Virus record (IMG/VR): IMGVR_UViG_3300045929_000106
Span: 1 to 63,198 of that record
Origin: a virus
Taxonomy: Duplodnaviria; Caudoviricetes
DNA length: 63,198 nt
Direction: 5' to 3' (one strand)
Below are positions 16,340-27,050 of this stretch, in pieces. The notes below the pieces were generated by a model that was given only the letters and a program-made list of their open reading frames with translations, was not told where the DNA came from and ran no database searches. A program made the translations under genes and the position numbers. Position 1 is the stretch's first letter. The number at the start of each line of letters is the position of its first letter.

Positions 16340-18452
16340 TGATCACCGCCCAGGCTCGCTGGACTGCCGTCGCCACCGTGGTCACCACCACGTCCACCAG
16401 GATGCGGACGGCATAGAGATCATTGTTGTTGGTGGTGGCCTTCACGTCCATGTTCGTAGTAGAGCTTGGCATGTTTATCGACTCTGCAATGATCGCCATC
16501 GCAAGATTCGTCGCAGAAGCGGCCTGTCTCCATACCCTATCGTTCTCCTGCTCGTACCAATAATTCGACCCAAATAATCCAGTCGTATTGAGGCCATTAT
16601 TATAATTATCAGAACTGTTGGCCGCTCCACTTCTAGACAGACGCACGTAATATGTTGTCCCACTAGTCAGGGACACTGACGGGCTGAATTTATACAGAGC
16701 CGGAGACACAGACGTGACGATTGCCGTATACAGCACTGATATAGACCCAAGAGCGCTCGCGCTGCTATATAAGGCGCATATTTCTATCACCATAGAATCT
16801 GTCGGGCCGCCACTCTTTGACACTCCAGGCCAGATTCCACCCACCGATAGATTTCTACTTGGCGTGAATGCTTGAGCTATCCTGAACGAATTCGGCCCAG
16901 CGGCTCCGAATTCCTCTGCTCCGCCAGTCCCAGAAAATGGCGCGTTCACAATACTTTCGCCGCCAAATATCATGGCATTATCTGGCCTGTAACCAAGAGC
17001 CAGCTCCGTAACATCATTAGATGTTCTCAATTGGACCGCAGAGCTGGTATTGTTCGCCGCTTCAGCCTGGAGCCGATACGTATTCGTCACCCCGCTCCAT
17101 TCCGCCGGATCGAACGTCTGGAGGAAACTCTGGAGCGAGGTTCCGGCGGCCAGCACGGTGTTCGACATCAGGTATTGGGGCTGGAGCTTGGTAATGCCCT
17201 GCGTCAGCAACATAAAACAGACATCGTAAGACGGGACTGACCACGAGGTTCCGTTGTGAAACACTCCGTTCCCGGCATAAGAAGCGCCGGACGAATTCTC
17301 CGCAAACTGCAGATAATTGCTGCCGTCGTAGGTTGAACAATTAAGAGTCACGGCAATCACGTAATTCGTCCCGGCGGAGAGGGTGTAGGGACTGGAAAAC
17401 GTGAACACCGCATAGCCGCTCGCAGATCCGGTCTGGATGGTCGCCGCATTAACGGCGTCTGACGTAGCCAGAGGCGAGCCGGTAGGGAGGCCTGAAGATC
17501 CGAAGGTTCCGGTGTGCGCGTATAAATTTGCAGTGACCGTCCCAACCGGAGTCCCAAACCGCTGAATCATAAAGACGGCATGCTTTAGAGACGAGGCGCT
17601 GCCCGCAAACGTCTCGCCGAGTGACCTGTTCCCCGCGCCGATATTCGGCCATTGATTAGCTGTCGTAAAACTGGTGAAACCGGCAGCCGTCTGCTGCACA
17701 ATGATCTTGGCGCCATAAACAGTCATTGCAGATTTGCTGGCGGGGGAGCTGGACACAATCCGATACCATCTGCCAGAAACTGGCGTGAAAGGAGAAGAGG
17801 CGCGAACTCTGGCTCCGCCGCCGGTTCCAGTCGTTGTCAGGGCTCCATTCGTCACGTTGCTCCACCCGGTAAACCCGTCTCCGGTTCCATCTGCAACCTG
17901 AAGCTGAACGGTGGAAGCTGACTTGGTGCTTGGAGAAGCGAATGCGGCCTCGAAATAGAACGCGCAGGAGCCATCCCACTTCGCGCTGTCGTAATACCAA
18001 TATTTAGGGTTGGTTTGATTAGATGCTGTAGCTCCGGTAGGAATTGTTATGGCCGTGACGGATGAGTGAGAGCCAATCTCTATCGCAGTTTCGCACGATG
18101 TAAGGGGTTCGCTGCCGGTGTCTTGAATAACAATTGCGCGAGCAGATGTAATAGTGGCCCCAGCTCCTGTCGTATTTACGAAATACGTATAGCTAATGCC
18201 GCCGTTGCTTGCGAGCGTGGCAGAAACCCTCTGTAACCCTACCGCCGTTGTATTGATCGTAGCCGATATGCCTGAATACGTATTATTAAGAGTTGCAGTT
18301 GTGGATGCGGCGGCGACAGAAACATATACCTCAAAATAGACCGTCAGCGTTCCGTTATAAAGAGACTGATTAATATATATATAGTTATAGGATGTGCCGC
18401 CGCTGCTTATGGACGTATTCAGCATGTTGAACTCGTGCCGGATCTTAGCCAT
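16332..18452 (-). CDS. Tail fibre/spike or receptor-binding protein
   Basis: 706 aa, S/T/G-rich beta protein with repeated FTPS...TYY/NYV modules; lower GC. Confidence 0.6.
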   Translation of the reverse strand: MAKIRHEFNMLNTSISSGGTSYNYIYINQSLYNGTLTVYFEVYVSVAAASTTATLNNTYSGISATINTTAVGLQRVSATLASNGGISYTYFVNTTGAGATITSARAIVIQDTGSEPLTSCETAIEIGSHSSVTAITIPTGATASNQTNPKYWYYDSAKWDGSCAFYFEAAFASPSTKSASTVQLQVADGTGDGFTGWSNVTNGALTTTGTGGGARVRASSPFTPVSGRWYRIVSSSPASKSAMTVYGAKIIVQQTAAGFTSFTTANQWPNIGAGNRSLGETFAGSASSLKHAVFMIQRFGTPVGTVTANLYAHTGTFGSSGLPTGSPLATSDAVNAATIQTGSASGYAVFTFSSPYTLSAGTNYVIAVTLNCSTYDGSNYLQFAENSSGASYAGNGVFHNGTSWSVPSYDVCFMLLTQGITKLQPQYLMSNTVLAAGTSLQSFLQTFDPAEWSGVTNTYRLQAEAANNTSSAVQLRTSNDVTELALGYRPDNAMIFGGESIVNAPFSGTGGAEEFGAAGPNSFRIAQAFTPSRNLSVGGIWPGVSKSGGPTDSMVIEICALYSSASALGSISVLYTAIVTSVSPALYKFSPSVSLTSGTTYYVRLSRSGAANSSDNYNNGLNTTGLFGSNYWYEQENDRVWRQAASATNLAMAIIAESINMPSSTTNMDVKATTNNNDLYAVRILVDVVVTTVATAVQRAWAVING

Positions 18453-19290
18453 GGCGGTGCTCCACCTGGAGGATGTCCCACAGCTCCACGGTTCGATAGG
18501 TGTGCGGGCGCTGGCGCACCCACTTCCACAGCTCGGCGTCCGGGGAGTCGGAGGCCTGTCCCCAGTCGAAGTCCGTCATTAACCGGCGGGAAAGAAGCGA
18601 GCACCCGATGCCCTGCTCCAGCGTCTCCGCGCCGGAGCGGGCCGGGTAACAATGCGACACCCAGTCCGCGTCCTGGCCGTAGCGCATCAGGGTCTCGATC
18701 ACGTTGACCGGCGGGATCACGTCAGCCTCGATGTTCATCCAGTGGGTATAGGGGCCCTCCAGGAAGACCCGCTGGATCGCCGCCATGGACTGGCAGACGC
18801 GCCGCAGCCACGCCTCCGGGCGCGGGTCGCCCTCGACGTAGAGAATCTCCGTTTCGCTCCGGTGACGCCACAGGAAGTCTGGTGTCGGGCTGTTGTCTGC
18901 GACCAGGACATCGAAGCAGGGGTAGGTCAGCTCCTTCACGCGGGCCAGCCACTCCGCCCAGGCGTACTCCTTGCACTCGTGGGTGACGCTGGCCACAAGG
19001 ACCTTGGGCCGCTCCACAAACGAGTACGTGCAGCGGTTGCGGATGCTGACCGGGATCAGGTCGCCGGGGCTCGCGGGCCAGTTCACGCAGGCCGTGGTCA
19101 GGACCCCACAGGCCTCAAATACTTCTGGATCGTCGCGCTCTCCACGGCGCTCGTAGATCCGGCAGCGGGTGGTGGAGTCGGGAAGGACCGTCAGCGCGGG
19201 GCAGGGGTTGCGCCAGCCGGTGCAGCACTCGCCGCAGTCGCAGCAGTAGCCGAGGCGCTCGTAGGTCTTGCCCTGCCACTCGACAATCAT
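18445..19290 (-). CDS. Cys-rich (CxxCxxCC) domain fused to a GT-A-like glycosyltransferase
   Basis: N-terminal CCDCGECC...CP...CRIYERR...C; C-terminal VLVADNS, NIEADVIPP, GIGCSLLSR. Confidence 0.65.
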   Translation of the reverse strand: MIVEWQGKTYERLGYCCDCGECCTGWRNPCPALTVLPDSTTRCRIYERRGERDDPEVFEACGVLTTACVNWPASPGDLIPVSIRNRCTYSFVERPKVLVASVTHECKEYAWAEWLARVKELTYPCFDVLVADNSPTPDFLWRHRSETEILYVEGDPRPEAWLRRVCQSMAAIQRVFLEGPYTHWMNIEADVIPPVNVIETLMRYGQDADWVSHCYPARSGAETLEQGIGCSLLSRRLMTDFDWGQASDSPDAELWKWVRQRPHTYRTVELWDILQVEHRHG

Positions 19291-19697
19291 TGGATCTTGA
19301 CCATCAGGGAAGTCCAGGCCGCCACCTGCACCTGATTCAGCTCCTGGGCCGTGAGCTTCTTGTTGAAGATCAGCCGGATGTCGCCTGGGCCGTTAGGGAA
19401 TGCGCGGACGCTGATGTTGTGCTGCGCCAGCGCGGCGTTAAAGTCATCCTCGAAAACGCAGGGGTCGCGGAAGTCGTAGATCGAGTTTGTGCTGGGCGGG
19501 ATCTGGCCTACGTTCTCGTCAGCCATGATGGCGTCCAGGGTGGCCTTCTGGGGCGGGGTGATATCCGGCTCAAACTCGATGCCGATGCCGGTGACCCCGT
19601 CGCTCGCCAGTCCCATGGGAGCCGGGAGCCCCGCATCCACCATCTTGCTGGCCATCACGCCCAGGCTGCCGGAGCGGTATGGATATTGGTATCTCAT
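19287..19697 (-). CDS. Hypothetical tail-module protein
   Basis: Coupled ORF between a fibre gene and the GT gene. Confidence 0.55.
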   Translation of the reverse strand: MRYQYPYRSGSLGVMASKMVDAGLPAPMGLASDGVTGIGIEFEPDITPPQKATLDAIMADENVGQIPPSTNSIYDFRDPCVFEDDFNAALAQHNISVRAFPNGPGDIRLIFNKKLTAQELNQVQVAAWTSLMVKIQ

Positions 19698-21475
19698 GTC
19701 TTGGTCACCTTCAGCATCAGGGCGGCGCGGGTCACCGTCGCCACCGAGTCCACGTTGAAGCGCAGGCAGTCTCCGGCGGTGATCGTGGTTGTCCAGCCGG
19801 TCAGGGTGGAGGAGCTGTTGTTGGTGGCGCTGGACACCGTGGGCTTGGCGCTGGCGGTAATGGTGTCCGCAACCGTGGGCGGGTAGTTGGCCAGGGTGTC
19901 CTTCCAGATGTCGAACACAATGGAGCCCGAGGTGTCACAGAGGATCGTCCACTGGTTGATCGTGCAGCCGAAGTCCACCCGGATATCGGCCTTCACGCCG
20001 GTGGTCAGCGCCGAGCCGCCGCCGTCCAGCACGATAGTGATATCCGCGATGTTGGTGTTGGTGACGGTCCCCGCGCCCGTGTAACCTGTATACCCGGTAG
20101 GCCCGGTAGCGCCAGCCCCGGCGGGCCCGGTGTAACCGGTTGGCCCCGTGGGGCCGGTGACATTGGAGGCTGGCCCCGTATAACCAGTAGGGCCGGTAGG
20201 GCCAGCTCCCCCAGCCGTTCCCGCCGTTCCCTGTGGTCCGGTGTAACCAGTCGGGCCCGTGGAGCCTTGCGAGCCGTTGGAGCCCGCCGGTCCCGTGTAA
20301 CCCGTGGGGCCGGTGAAGTTCCCCGGCCCTGTGTAGCCAGTGAAGCCGGTGTAACCGGTTGGCCCGGTAAACCCGGTAGGCCCGGTAGACCCCACCGAGC
20401 CAGCGGAGATCGTGGTCTGGATATGCGACCCGTGCGTGGCCCCCTGTAGATACATCGTCACCGTGATCGTGCCGGGGCCGGAGACGCGCTGAGCATAGAT
20501 CTTGTTGACGATGCGGTCAGTCGAAGACATCGCGCCGCCGCCCGAGGGCGTGGCGATCCACTCCTGCAACGCGACGGCGACATTCGTGAACGGCTCGCTG
20601 TACTCGTCGCGCACCAGGGTTTCCACCCCCGCGCCAGTGCGCGCGTAGACCAGCAGGTGTATCCGCGCCGCGCCGCTGGACGTGGACGCATAGACGCGCC
20701 GGAAGGCCGTGCCCGCCGGGTAGTCCACTGCGCCGGGGACGCCGGGATCGGTGGCGAACTCATCGATCAGGACATCGCTCGTGCCGGAGCAGGACACGGG
20801 TATGGTTGTCTCCGCGAGCGCGGACGGGGACTCCAGCATCCGCTTGTAGCCGGTGATATCGCTGGAAGTGTTCTCATAATAGAAGATGCGGCCCGCCGAG
20901 ATGCCCTCTTCACCTTGCGGGCCTGTATAGCCGGTGGGCCCGGTTTCACCTGCGGGCCCCGTATAACCGGTGGGACCCGTGGAGCCTTGCGAACCTGCGG
21001 AACCTGCCGTCCCCTGCGGACCCGTGTAACCAGTAGGGCCTGTGTAACCAGTGGGCCCTTGCGAGCCCGCGTCTCCGGCGGAACCCGCTGGACCCGTATA
21101 GCCGGTTGGACCCGTGTAGCCGGTTGGGCCTTGCGGACCAGCTCCCCCCGCATCCCCTGCGATTCCCTGCGGCCCGGTATAACCAGTGGGTCCGGTTGCT
21201 CCCGCCGGTCCCGCAGCCCCTGTGTAACCCGTGTAACCAGTGGGACCCGTCGCGCCAGCGGAACCCGAGGGACCCGTGGGGCCTGTGGGGCCAGTGCTCC
21301 CAGCTCCGCCCCCAGGCATGTCCACCCAGGCTCCGGTCCCGTCCATGACCTTGCCGGGATCGTTGGGCAGAGGCTCATCCGGGGCCAGGACATAATCCCC
21401 GGTTCCGGTGATGCCGAGACAGTCGTTGAGTCCGCGTGGCATACTGCGTCCTTGGGAAAGATTACGTAAGCTCAA
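19694..21475 (-). CDS. Collagen-like tail fibre protein
   Basis: Two long (G-P-T/G-Y-T)n triplet tracts flanking a globular domain; C-terminal beta domain. Confidence 0.8.
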   Translation of the reverse strand: MSLRNLSQGRSMPRGLNDCLGITGTGDYVLAPDEPLPNDPGKVMDGTGAWVDMPGGGAGSTGPTGPTGPSGSAGATGPTGYTGYTGAAGPAGATGPTGYTGPQGIAGDAGGAGPQGPTGYTGPTGYTGPAGSAGDAGSQGPTGYTGPTGYTGPQGTAGSAGSQGSTGPTGYTGPAGETGPTGYTGPQGEEGISAGRIFYYENTSSDITGYKRMLESPSALAETTIPVSCSGTSDVLIDEFATDPGVPGAVDYPAGTAFRRVYASTSSGAARIHLLVYARTGAGVETLVRDEYSEPFTNVAVALQEWIATPSGGGAMSSTDRIVNKIYAQRVSGPGTITVTMYLQGATHGSHIQTTISAGSVGSTGPTGFTGPTGYTGFTGYTGPGNFTGPTGYTGPAGSNGSQGSTGPTGYTGPQGTAGTAGGAGPTGPTGYTGPASNVTGPTGPTGYTGPAGAGATGPTGYTGYTGAGTVTNTNIADITIVLDGGGSALTTGVKADIRVDFGCTINQWTILCDTSGSIVFDIWKDTLANYPPTVADTITASAKPTVSSATNNSSSTLTGWTTTITAGDCLRFNVDSVATVTRAALMLKVTKT

Positions 21476-22034
21476 ACCACTTCTGGAGCGTCTGAGATCC
21501 CCCGTCCCATGCCACCTTGTAATACTGCCCCGGAAGGACCCATGTCTGCACCGTCCTCGTCTGGGAACTGGCTGGCGCGTGTTCTGCCGCCGCTATGGTT
21601 GTGGGGGGATTAAATGCGTCGGTATAAAAGCAGAGGGTTCCTGAGACGCTTGCGTAGCCATAGACCTGAACCAGCTTTGCGACGGCCCCGGTATTCTGGT
21701 AAACCGTGTCGAAGGCGCGAGAGGCGGTAACATCACTCCGGGTAGTGATCCCCGGAGCCGTCCACTTGATTCCCCTGGCTTGTGCCGAATCCGCCGCCAG
21801 CACCTGACCGTCTGACCCTGCCGGAACGCGAGCATCTACCGTCGAGTAGCCCCAGAGGTCGCCCTTGGTGGTAAGTGGGGAGGACGATCCGCCAACAGGA
21901 GTAACATCATCCCAGGTCGCGCCGTTGTCGTACCAGATCTCGCCGGTGTCCGTGGCGAAGAACAGCCGCCCCTCGATGCTCGCCGCTGGGCGGTTGGCGA
22001 ACGTGTCCTTGAGAATCACATTGGCTAGGGTCAA
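21462..22034 (-). CDS. Tail fibre-associated protein
   Basis: [27 protein letters not shown] and LTTKGDL...[11 protein letters not shown] fibre motifs. Confidence 0.7.
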   Translation of the reverse strand: MTLANVILKDTFANRPAASIEGRLFFATDTGEIWYDNGATWDDVTPVGGSSSPLTTKGDLWGYSTVDARVPAGSDGQVLAADSAQARGIKWTAPGITTRSDVTASRAFDTVYQNTGAVAKLVQVYGYASVSGTLCFYTDAFNPPTTIAAAEHAPASSQTRTVQTWVLPGQYYKVAWDGGSQTLQKWFELT

Positions 22035-22816
22035 TTGGGAACTCCTACTACGGTTACAACATCACCGCCCGCAAAGATAAAGTTATTGTTTCCGTCCGTC
22101 AGGGACTCGTCATGCACGTCGGGGGTCCCGCCGCCTCCGCCTGCTGGCCCTGTGTAGCCGGTGTAGCCGGTTGGCCCGGTTGGTCCGGTGGCCCCCGCCA
22201 CCCCGTCGCCACCGTCCGCGCCTGCTGGGCCGGTGTATCCAGTGGGGCCAGTCGAGCCGAGACCCGTATAGCCCGTATAACCGGTGGGGCCGGTTGCCCC
22301 CGTATAACCTACGGGGCCGGTGAAACCAGTGAAGCCCGTGGGGCCCGTGTAGCCTGTCGGGCCGGTAGCGCCATCGGGGCCCGTGTAGCCGGTGGGGCCG
22401 GTGGGGCCGCCCGATTCTCCCCCCGGCCCTGTCGGACCCGTGGGGCCGGTTGGACCGGCGGATGGCCCGGTGGGGCCGGTGGGTCCTGCTGGGCCCGTAG
22501 GGCCGGTAGCGCCCCCGCCGCCCCCGCCGCCGGTGGCGTTGATGACGATCCTGACCCGCTCGTTGTTGACATCGTTGTTGTCCGCGCCAGCGATGGCGAC
22601 GTTGGTTCCCGAGATGAACTCCAGCTTGGAGCGGGTCCCCACCTCCGAGCCGTCGACCTGAACCTCCAGCGCCCGGTGGTCGAGCTGATCGTCCACCTCC
22701 AGCAGCTTGTCGCGGAGATCGTAGACCAACTGGTAGAGGCGGCGGATCGCGGTCTTCAGCGCCTCCGGCAGCGGCAGGGACTCCAGGTTCGGGATGTGGC
22801 GCGGGAGGGCGGCCAT
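22031..22816 (-). CDS. Collagen-like protein
   Basis: (GPT/GYT)n tract after an N-terminal coiled coil. Confidence 0.8.
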   Translation of the reverse strand: MAALPRHIPNLESLPLPEALKTAIRRLYQLVYDLRDKLLEVDDQLDHRALEVQVDGSEVGTRSKLEFISGTNVAIAGADNNDVNNERVRIVINATGGGGGGGATGPTGPAGPTGPTGPSAGPTGPTGPTGPGGESGGPTGPTGYTGPDGATGPTGYTGPTGFTGFTGPVGYTGATGPTGYTGYTGLGSTGPTGYTGPAGADGGDGVAGATGPTGPTGYTGYTGPAGGGGGTPDVHDESLTDGNNNFIFAGGDVVTVVGVPN

Positions 22817-24637
22817 CTAGCCTGGACCTCCCCGGTTGGGAACCGGACAAGAGTCGACATTCCCGCCGCCTCCGCCCCCGCCCCCGCCGCCACCCCCACC
22901 ACCCTCGCTGGGCATATTCATCCCAACACCTGACAGGGAGCCCGAGATAGAGCCGGAAGCGTCTTGCTTGAGTATCCCGGCCAACACTCCTTCCAGGCCG
23001 GGGAGTGTCGAAGCCAGCCCGCCATAGATATCAGCGGCAGTGCCCACAAGCATGCCGCCCAATCCTGGCAGCGGCGACATGGCAGACATGTCTCCGGCGA
23101 CATCGACTGGAGGGGGCGCTCCCATGGCGTCGATGTACTGCATCCGCAGGGAGTGGTACTTGGTGGACGGCGGGGTGGTTGGCGCGTTGGCGGTGTAGCT
23201 GGCCAGGAGGGACACCTGCCCCGTGCCGGAGCCGGAGACTCCATAAGACAGCACGTCTTCAGCGGCGAACGTGGTCCCGCTGATATCGATGGTGTAGATC
23301 GTGCCCGCCCCGGCCCCGGCGAGAACGGTAGTGGAGCCCTTGATGACGCCGTTCACCTTGAAGTCGATGGTCAGGTTGCTGCTCAAGGGCGTGACCACCG
23401 TGGCGGTGACCGTGGTCCCGGTTCCGGGGTAATAGGCGCTGGCCGCGTTGTTGGGCGTGATCGAGGGGACCCCGCCCGAGAACGTGACGTTGGAGTACCA
23501 CTTCTGCGGGAAGCTGGTGGGCGTCCCCATCACCCCCAGCGGCTGCGCTATCAGAGCGGTCATGATGCCGAAGCGCGTGTCCGACAGGGCTATCGTGTAG
23601 GGGCTCAGGATGCCCGAGGAGCCCATCGGCTCCCAGATGACCGTGGGGACGCTCCAGCCGCCGCTGGCCGAGGTGGTGTGCGTCTCGTACAGGTAGGAAT
23701 GGATGTTAGGGTCCGTCCCTATATAGGCCGAGAAGATACAGAAGAGCGTGTCCCCCTGCGCCACGCAGGAGCAGGGGAAGTAGTAACCAGTGACGTAGAC
23801 AGCGGCCTCGTTACCGAGCGTCATCCCCGTGAGACTGCTGGTGTCCACCGTCTCATCGGTCCAGGTGGGGCTGGCCGCAAACGTCCCGCGCGCGATGCGC
23901 AGCAGCTTGTCCGTGGGATGCACCACCGGAACAACCACCTGATTCTGAGCGCCGAAGATTGCGGGCTGGCCCAGCCAGGACTGACGGCTGGTCAGGAATG
24001 AGCCCGTATACCGTGTCGAGGGGCCGGTCACCGTGCTGGGCTTCTCGATAGTGAAGCTGCGCACCGCCGAGCCGTTGACCGTGAAGAGGTGGGCGCGGTC
24101 TGTGGATGGCTCGCGGATCGCCCAGCCGAGCTGCTCGTTGGTGGTTACGACAATGTAGGGCGTTCCCCACGAGCCCACCCCGGTGTAGTTGGTGGCCCGC
24201 AGCCGGGAGCTGGCGTTATAGATCGCCAGCATGGAGTTGTCCTGCCATACCACCAGCGAACCGGCGTCCCCGAAAGAGATGGAGGAGTAGTCGTTAGTAA
24301 GGAAGTCTTCCGTGGTTGTGTCGTAGCGATACATCCCCAGCACCGATGGAGAGAAGGTGGTTTCTCCCATGAGGATGTAGATGGTGGACCCTACCACGGC
24401 AAAGCCGGGATGATAATCCGCGAGATCGGTGTTGTTCTCCAGGCGAGTCCAGGTCCCGCCGTTGTCCGCGCTCTTCCAGATGCACATGGCGCGGGTGGCC
24501 TCCACCGAGCCCACCTGCGCGGGGCAGAGAAAGTACAGGTTGGAGCCTATCTTCTGCAGGGAATTGGCGGAGGACTTGCTGGACTCGAAATACTCAGGGT
24601 CTGGCGGCGGCGTCGTCAGCGTAAACGTGTAAGCCAC
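22817..24637 (-). CDS. Asp-box/BNR beta-propeller tail protein
   Basis: KSADNGGTW Asp-box; poly-Gly plus Cys C-terminus. Confidence 0.6.
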   Translation of the reverse strand: MAYTFTLTTPPPDPEYFESSKSSANSLQKIGSNLYFLCPAQVGSVEATRAMCIWKSADNGGTWTRLENNTDLADYHPGFAVVGSTIYILMGETTFSPSVLGMYRYDTTTEDFLTNDYSSISFGDAGSLVVWQDNSMLAIYNASSRLRATNYTGVGSWGTPYIVVTTNEQLGWAIREPSTDRAHLFTVNGSAVRSFTIEKPSTVTGPSTRYTGSFLTSRQSWLGQPAIFGAQNQVVVPVVHPTDKLLRIARGTFAASPTWTDETVDTSSLTGMTLGNEAAVYVTGYYFPCSCVAQGDTLFCIFSAYIGTDPNIHSYLYETHTTSASGGWSVPTVIWEPMGSSGILSPYTIALSDTRFGIMTALIAQPLGVMGTPTSFPQKWYSNVTFSGGVPSITPNNAASAYYPGTGTTVTATVVTPLSSNLTIDFKVNGVIKGSTTVLAGAGAGTIYTIDISGTTFAAEDVLSYGVSGSGTGQVSLLASYTANAPTTPPSTKYHSLRMQYIDAMGAPPPVDVAGDMSAMSPLPGLGGMLVGTAADIYGGLASTLPGLEGVLAGILKQDASGSISGSLSGVGMNMPSEGGGGGGGGGGGGGGNVDSCPVPNRGGPG

Positions 24638-24957
24638 TATGCCTCCCTAATATAGATTCCTATCAGCCCCAGCGCTCCATACTCGCTGTCGATGATCTCC
24701 CGGCGCTTGAACTCCGCCGCCAGGAACCGGCCCCAGGTTTCCTTGGGCGCGCATGGCAGAACGTCCGTCCTGGCGAGGGACGCCAGTTTCTCCAGCAGAA
24801 GAGCCTTGGCTTCCTCCAGCGTGGGAGCGGTAACGTCCACGTCGCACACCGTGTAGCCGTTCTCGTCATGCAAGGTGTGCGCAATGCGAAACTGGGAGCG
24901 CTTCCGCCTGGACAGCTCCGCATACACCCGGTCCAGAAACTCCTGAGTCTGCTCCAT
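24637..24957 (-). CDS. Hypothetical protein (possible fibre chaperone)
   Basis: Coupled ORF between the two Asp-box genes. Confidence 0.55.
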   Translation of the reverse strand: MEQTQEFLDRVYAELSRRKRSQFRIAHTLHDENGYTVCDVDVTAPTLEEAKALLLEKLASLARTDVLPCAPKETWGRFLAAEFKRREIIDSEYGALGLIGIYIREA

Positions 24958-26642
24958 CAGCCCGCGCCTCCTGTGCGCCCCTGCGGACAGTCAACAGTTC
25001 CCCCACCGCCGCCCCCGCCACCGCCTCCCACATTGCCGGAGCCCATCAGGAGCCCACCGGCGAAAGAACTGCCAATGACGCCAACCGCAGCCGAAGATAT
25101 CGAGCCAATCATGGACATACCGAGCCCCGGCAGCCCGCCAGCAAGGTTCCCCTCTTCGATTGCGGCGTTGCCGGTAAACACGCCAGAAAGACCGGGAAGC
25201 GCGCCGTCGATAGTCCCTTCAGGCGCAGCAACGCTCAGCTCAAACTGAATCTCTCCAAATGACGCGACAAATAGCGACTCAAATCCATTGGTAGGGGTAT
25301 AGTTTCCAGTGGGCGAAAGCCAGAGGTCATCGACGGTAGACCATGATCCCGGCGCTCCATGAAACCACCGGAAATGGCCCTGCAGATGAGGATCGTCTTC
25401 TGCCCCGGCGTCCCAACGGTCCTCAGTCCAACAGACCAACACTGTAAGCTCGCCCGTATGAATCGGGTTAAACCTGTAATACTGAGTAACCTTGTTGTAG
25501 TTTTCCTGATCCGCCGATGATCCATACACCCCATGGCAGTTGTATGAGATAGAAAGGAACACCCCCATCCACCACCACATGCCCAGCGACACAAGCTCAA
25601 AGTCTTCCCCGGTCTGCAAAACATCGCCAGTCCAGGAAGCTGGAGTCAGGGAAGCTTCTGCGGTAAATGCGCGGATATCGGTATAAACTATGACCCTTCC
25701 GTCGTCATCCGTTCTCCCAAGACTGTCGCTATAGCATAAAGCCGCGCACGCAACCCTCTCACCGGACGGCGTCGGATACACAGTAATATTAGAGACGTAT
25801 CCGACCTGATACCGCATATAAAGATCAGAATTGATAATGGACTTGGACCCGAATACCCCACTGGAGTCCATGCCCATGTGCCACATCTCGTCGCGGTTAG
25901 TCCCGGTGACATCCGGCCCGTTCATCAATAGAAAATGAGAATTGCCAGCCGTGTCGCAGGCAACATGAGCGGGCCAATAAGTGACGGGACCGGCGGTCTG
26001 GCCGGGAATGGCAACCGCCGCGCCAAACACTTCCCCATCGAACGTGGCGTAATAGGAGCGCCCATATTGCTTGCTGTCGGTATGGGTGTAGCGCGTGCCG
26101 GAAAAGAAGAAAACCATGTCTCCGGGGCCGCGCGTGGCAAGACTCATCGCGACTTCGCGGCTCTGAAGTTCGGCTGCAAGAGTGCCCCTGACCAACGCAT
26201 CAACCGGGACGGAAGAATCCACGATCTCAGCTCCCCAGGTGTCCGTGTTCATATCCCAGGGAGCAACAGCTACCCCGTGATAAGTGTGCGTCGTATAGTC
26301 GAAATTATGAACGTAGATTAGATAGGCCGTGTCTCTATCCACTCCCACGCAATAAGCGACTCCAAATGAGGGAACCGAGTCGATGGGAAGCTCGCTGCCC
26401 TCCACAAATGACCAAGTGGTTCCCATGTCTGTGCTCTTGAAGACGCGCAGCTTCTCGTCTCCGGCGCTGCCAGGAACCTCGATAGGGGAGCCGCCTGGAT
26501 TGTTGATCTCAAACTCGGTTGTGATACCGTCTAAATTATAAAGAAAGGCGTATAGGTGGTTATAGTGACGGACTACAAACCTCTCCTTACACGAGTTGGA
26601 CCCTACATCATATTGCCCGATGATGGAGAGCGTGTCCGACAT
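24957..26642 (-). CDS. Asp-box/BNR beta-propeller tail protein
   Basis: KSTDMGTTW Asp-box; C-terminus paralogous to 22817-24637. Confidence 0.6.
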   Translation of the reverse strand: MSDTLSIIGQYDVGSNSCKERFVVRHYNHLYAFLYNLDGITTEFEINNPGGSPIEVPGSAGDEKLRVFKSTDMGTTWSFVEGSELPIDSVPSFGVAYCVGVDRDTAYLIYVHNFDYTTHTYHGVAVAPWDMNTDTWGAEIVDSSVPVDALVRGTLAAELQSREVAMSLATRGPGDMVFFFSGTRYTHTDSKQYGRSYYATFDGEVFGAAVAIPGQTAGPVTYWPAHVACDTAGNSHFLLMNGPDVTGTNRDEMWHMGMDSSGVFGSKSIINSDLYMRYQVGYVSNITVYPTPSGERVACAALCYSDSLGRTDDDGRVIVYTDIRAFTAEASLTPASWTGDVLQTGEDFELVSLGMWWWMGVFLSISYNCHGVYGSSADQENYNKVTQYYRFNPIHTGELTVLVCWTEDRWDAGAEDDPHLQGHFRWFHGAPGSWSTVDDLWLSPTGNYTPTNGFESLFVASFGEIQFELSVAAPEGTIDGALPGLSGVFTGNAAIEEGNLAGGLPGLGMSMIGSISSAAVGVIGSSFAGGLLMGSGNVGGGGGGGGGGTVDCPQGRTGGAG

Positions 26643-26645
26643 GCA

Positions 26646-27041
26646 TTAGAGAGACTGGGTCAAGGTGACGCTCGTCAGCGAGATGGCCGCGCCGGTGGCG
26701 AAGGCCACCGTGTTGAAGTTGCAGTCCGAGCCCGAGGTCCCCACGTTGCCGTCGAAAAGCACGGTGGCCCCGTCCGCTTTCAGGGAACGGAACCATGTGC
26801 AGGTTCCGTCCGCGATGACCGTGGAGGGAGTGATGGCGTTGGCGGCGGCGCTCGCGCCCGAGGCCGCCGTGAAAGCCGTAGCGGCCCAGCGCAACTCGGC
26901 TAGTTTTACCTGGGAACTGACGGCTACGTTGGCGGTGGCGGGACGGACCCCGTCGTAGAAGCGGATGTAGCCGTTGTCGCACTGCTCGGTGGTCGCGTCG
27001 AGCCGGGTGTTGGCCAGCGGGGTGGATGTTCCTAGCGCCAT
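26646..27041 (-). CDS. Small virion protein
   Basis: IRFYDGVRPAT...GTCTWFR...DGNVGTSGSD, a pattern common in phage tail modules. Confidence 0.65.
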   Translation of the reverse strand: MALGTSTPLANTRLDATTEQCDNGYIRFYDGVRPATANVAVSSQVKLAELRWAATAFTAASGASAAANAITPSTVIADGTCTWFRSLKADGATVLFDGNVGTSGSDCNFNTVAFATGAAISLTSVTLTQSL

Positions 27042-27050
27042 AGTTTCTCC

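Noticed and set aside
19694-22816. DNA-level 9/18-bp repeats as a non-coding array
   Set aside because: Explained by collagen-like GPT/GYT codons with synonymous third-position variation
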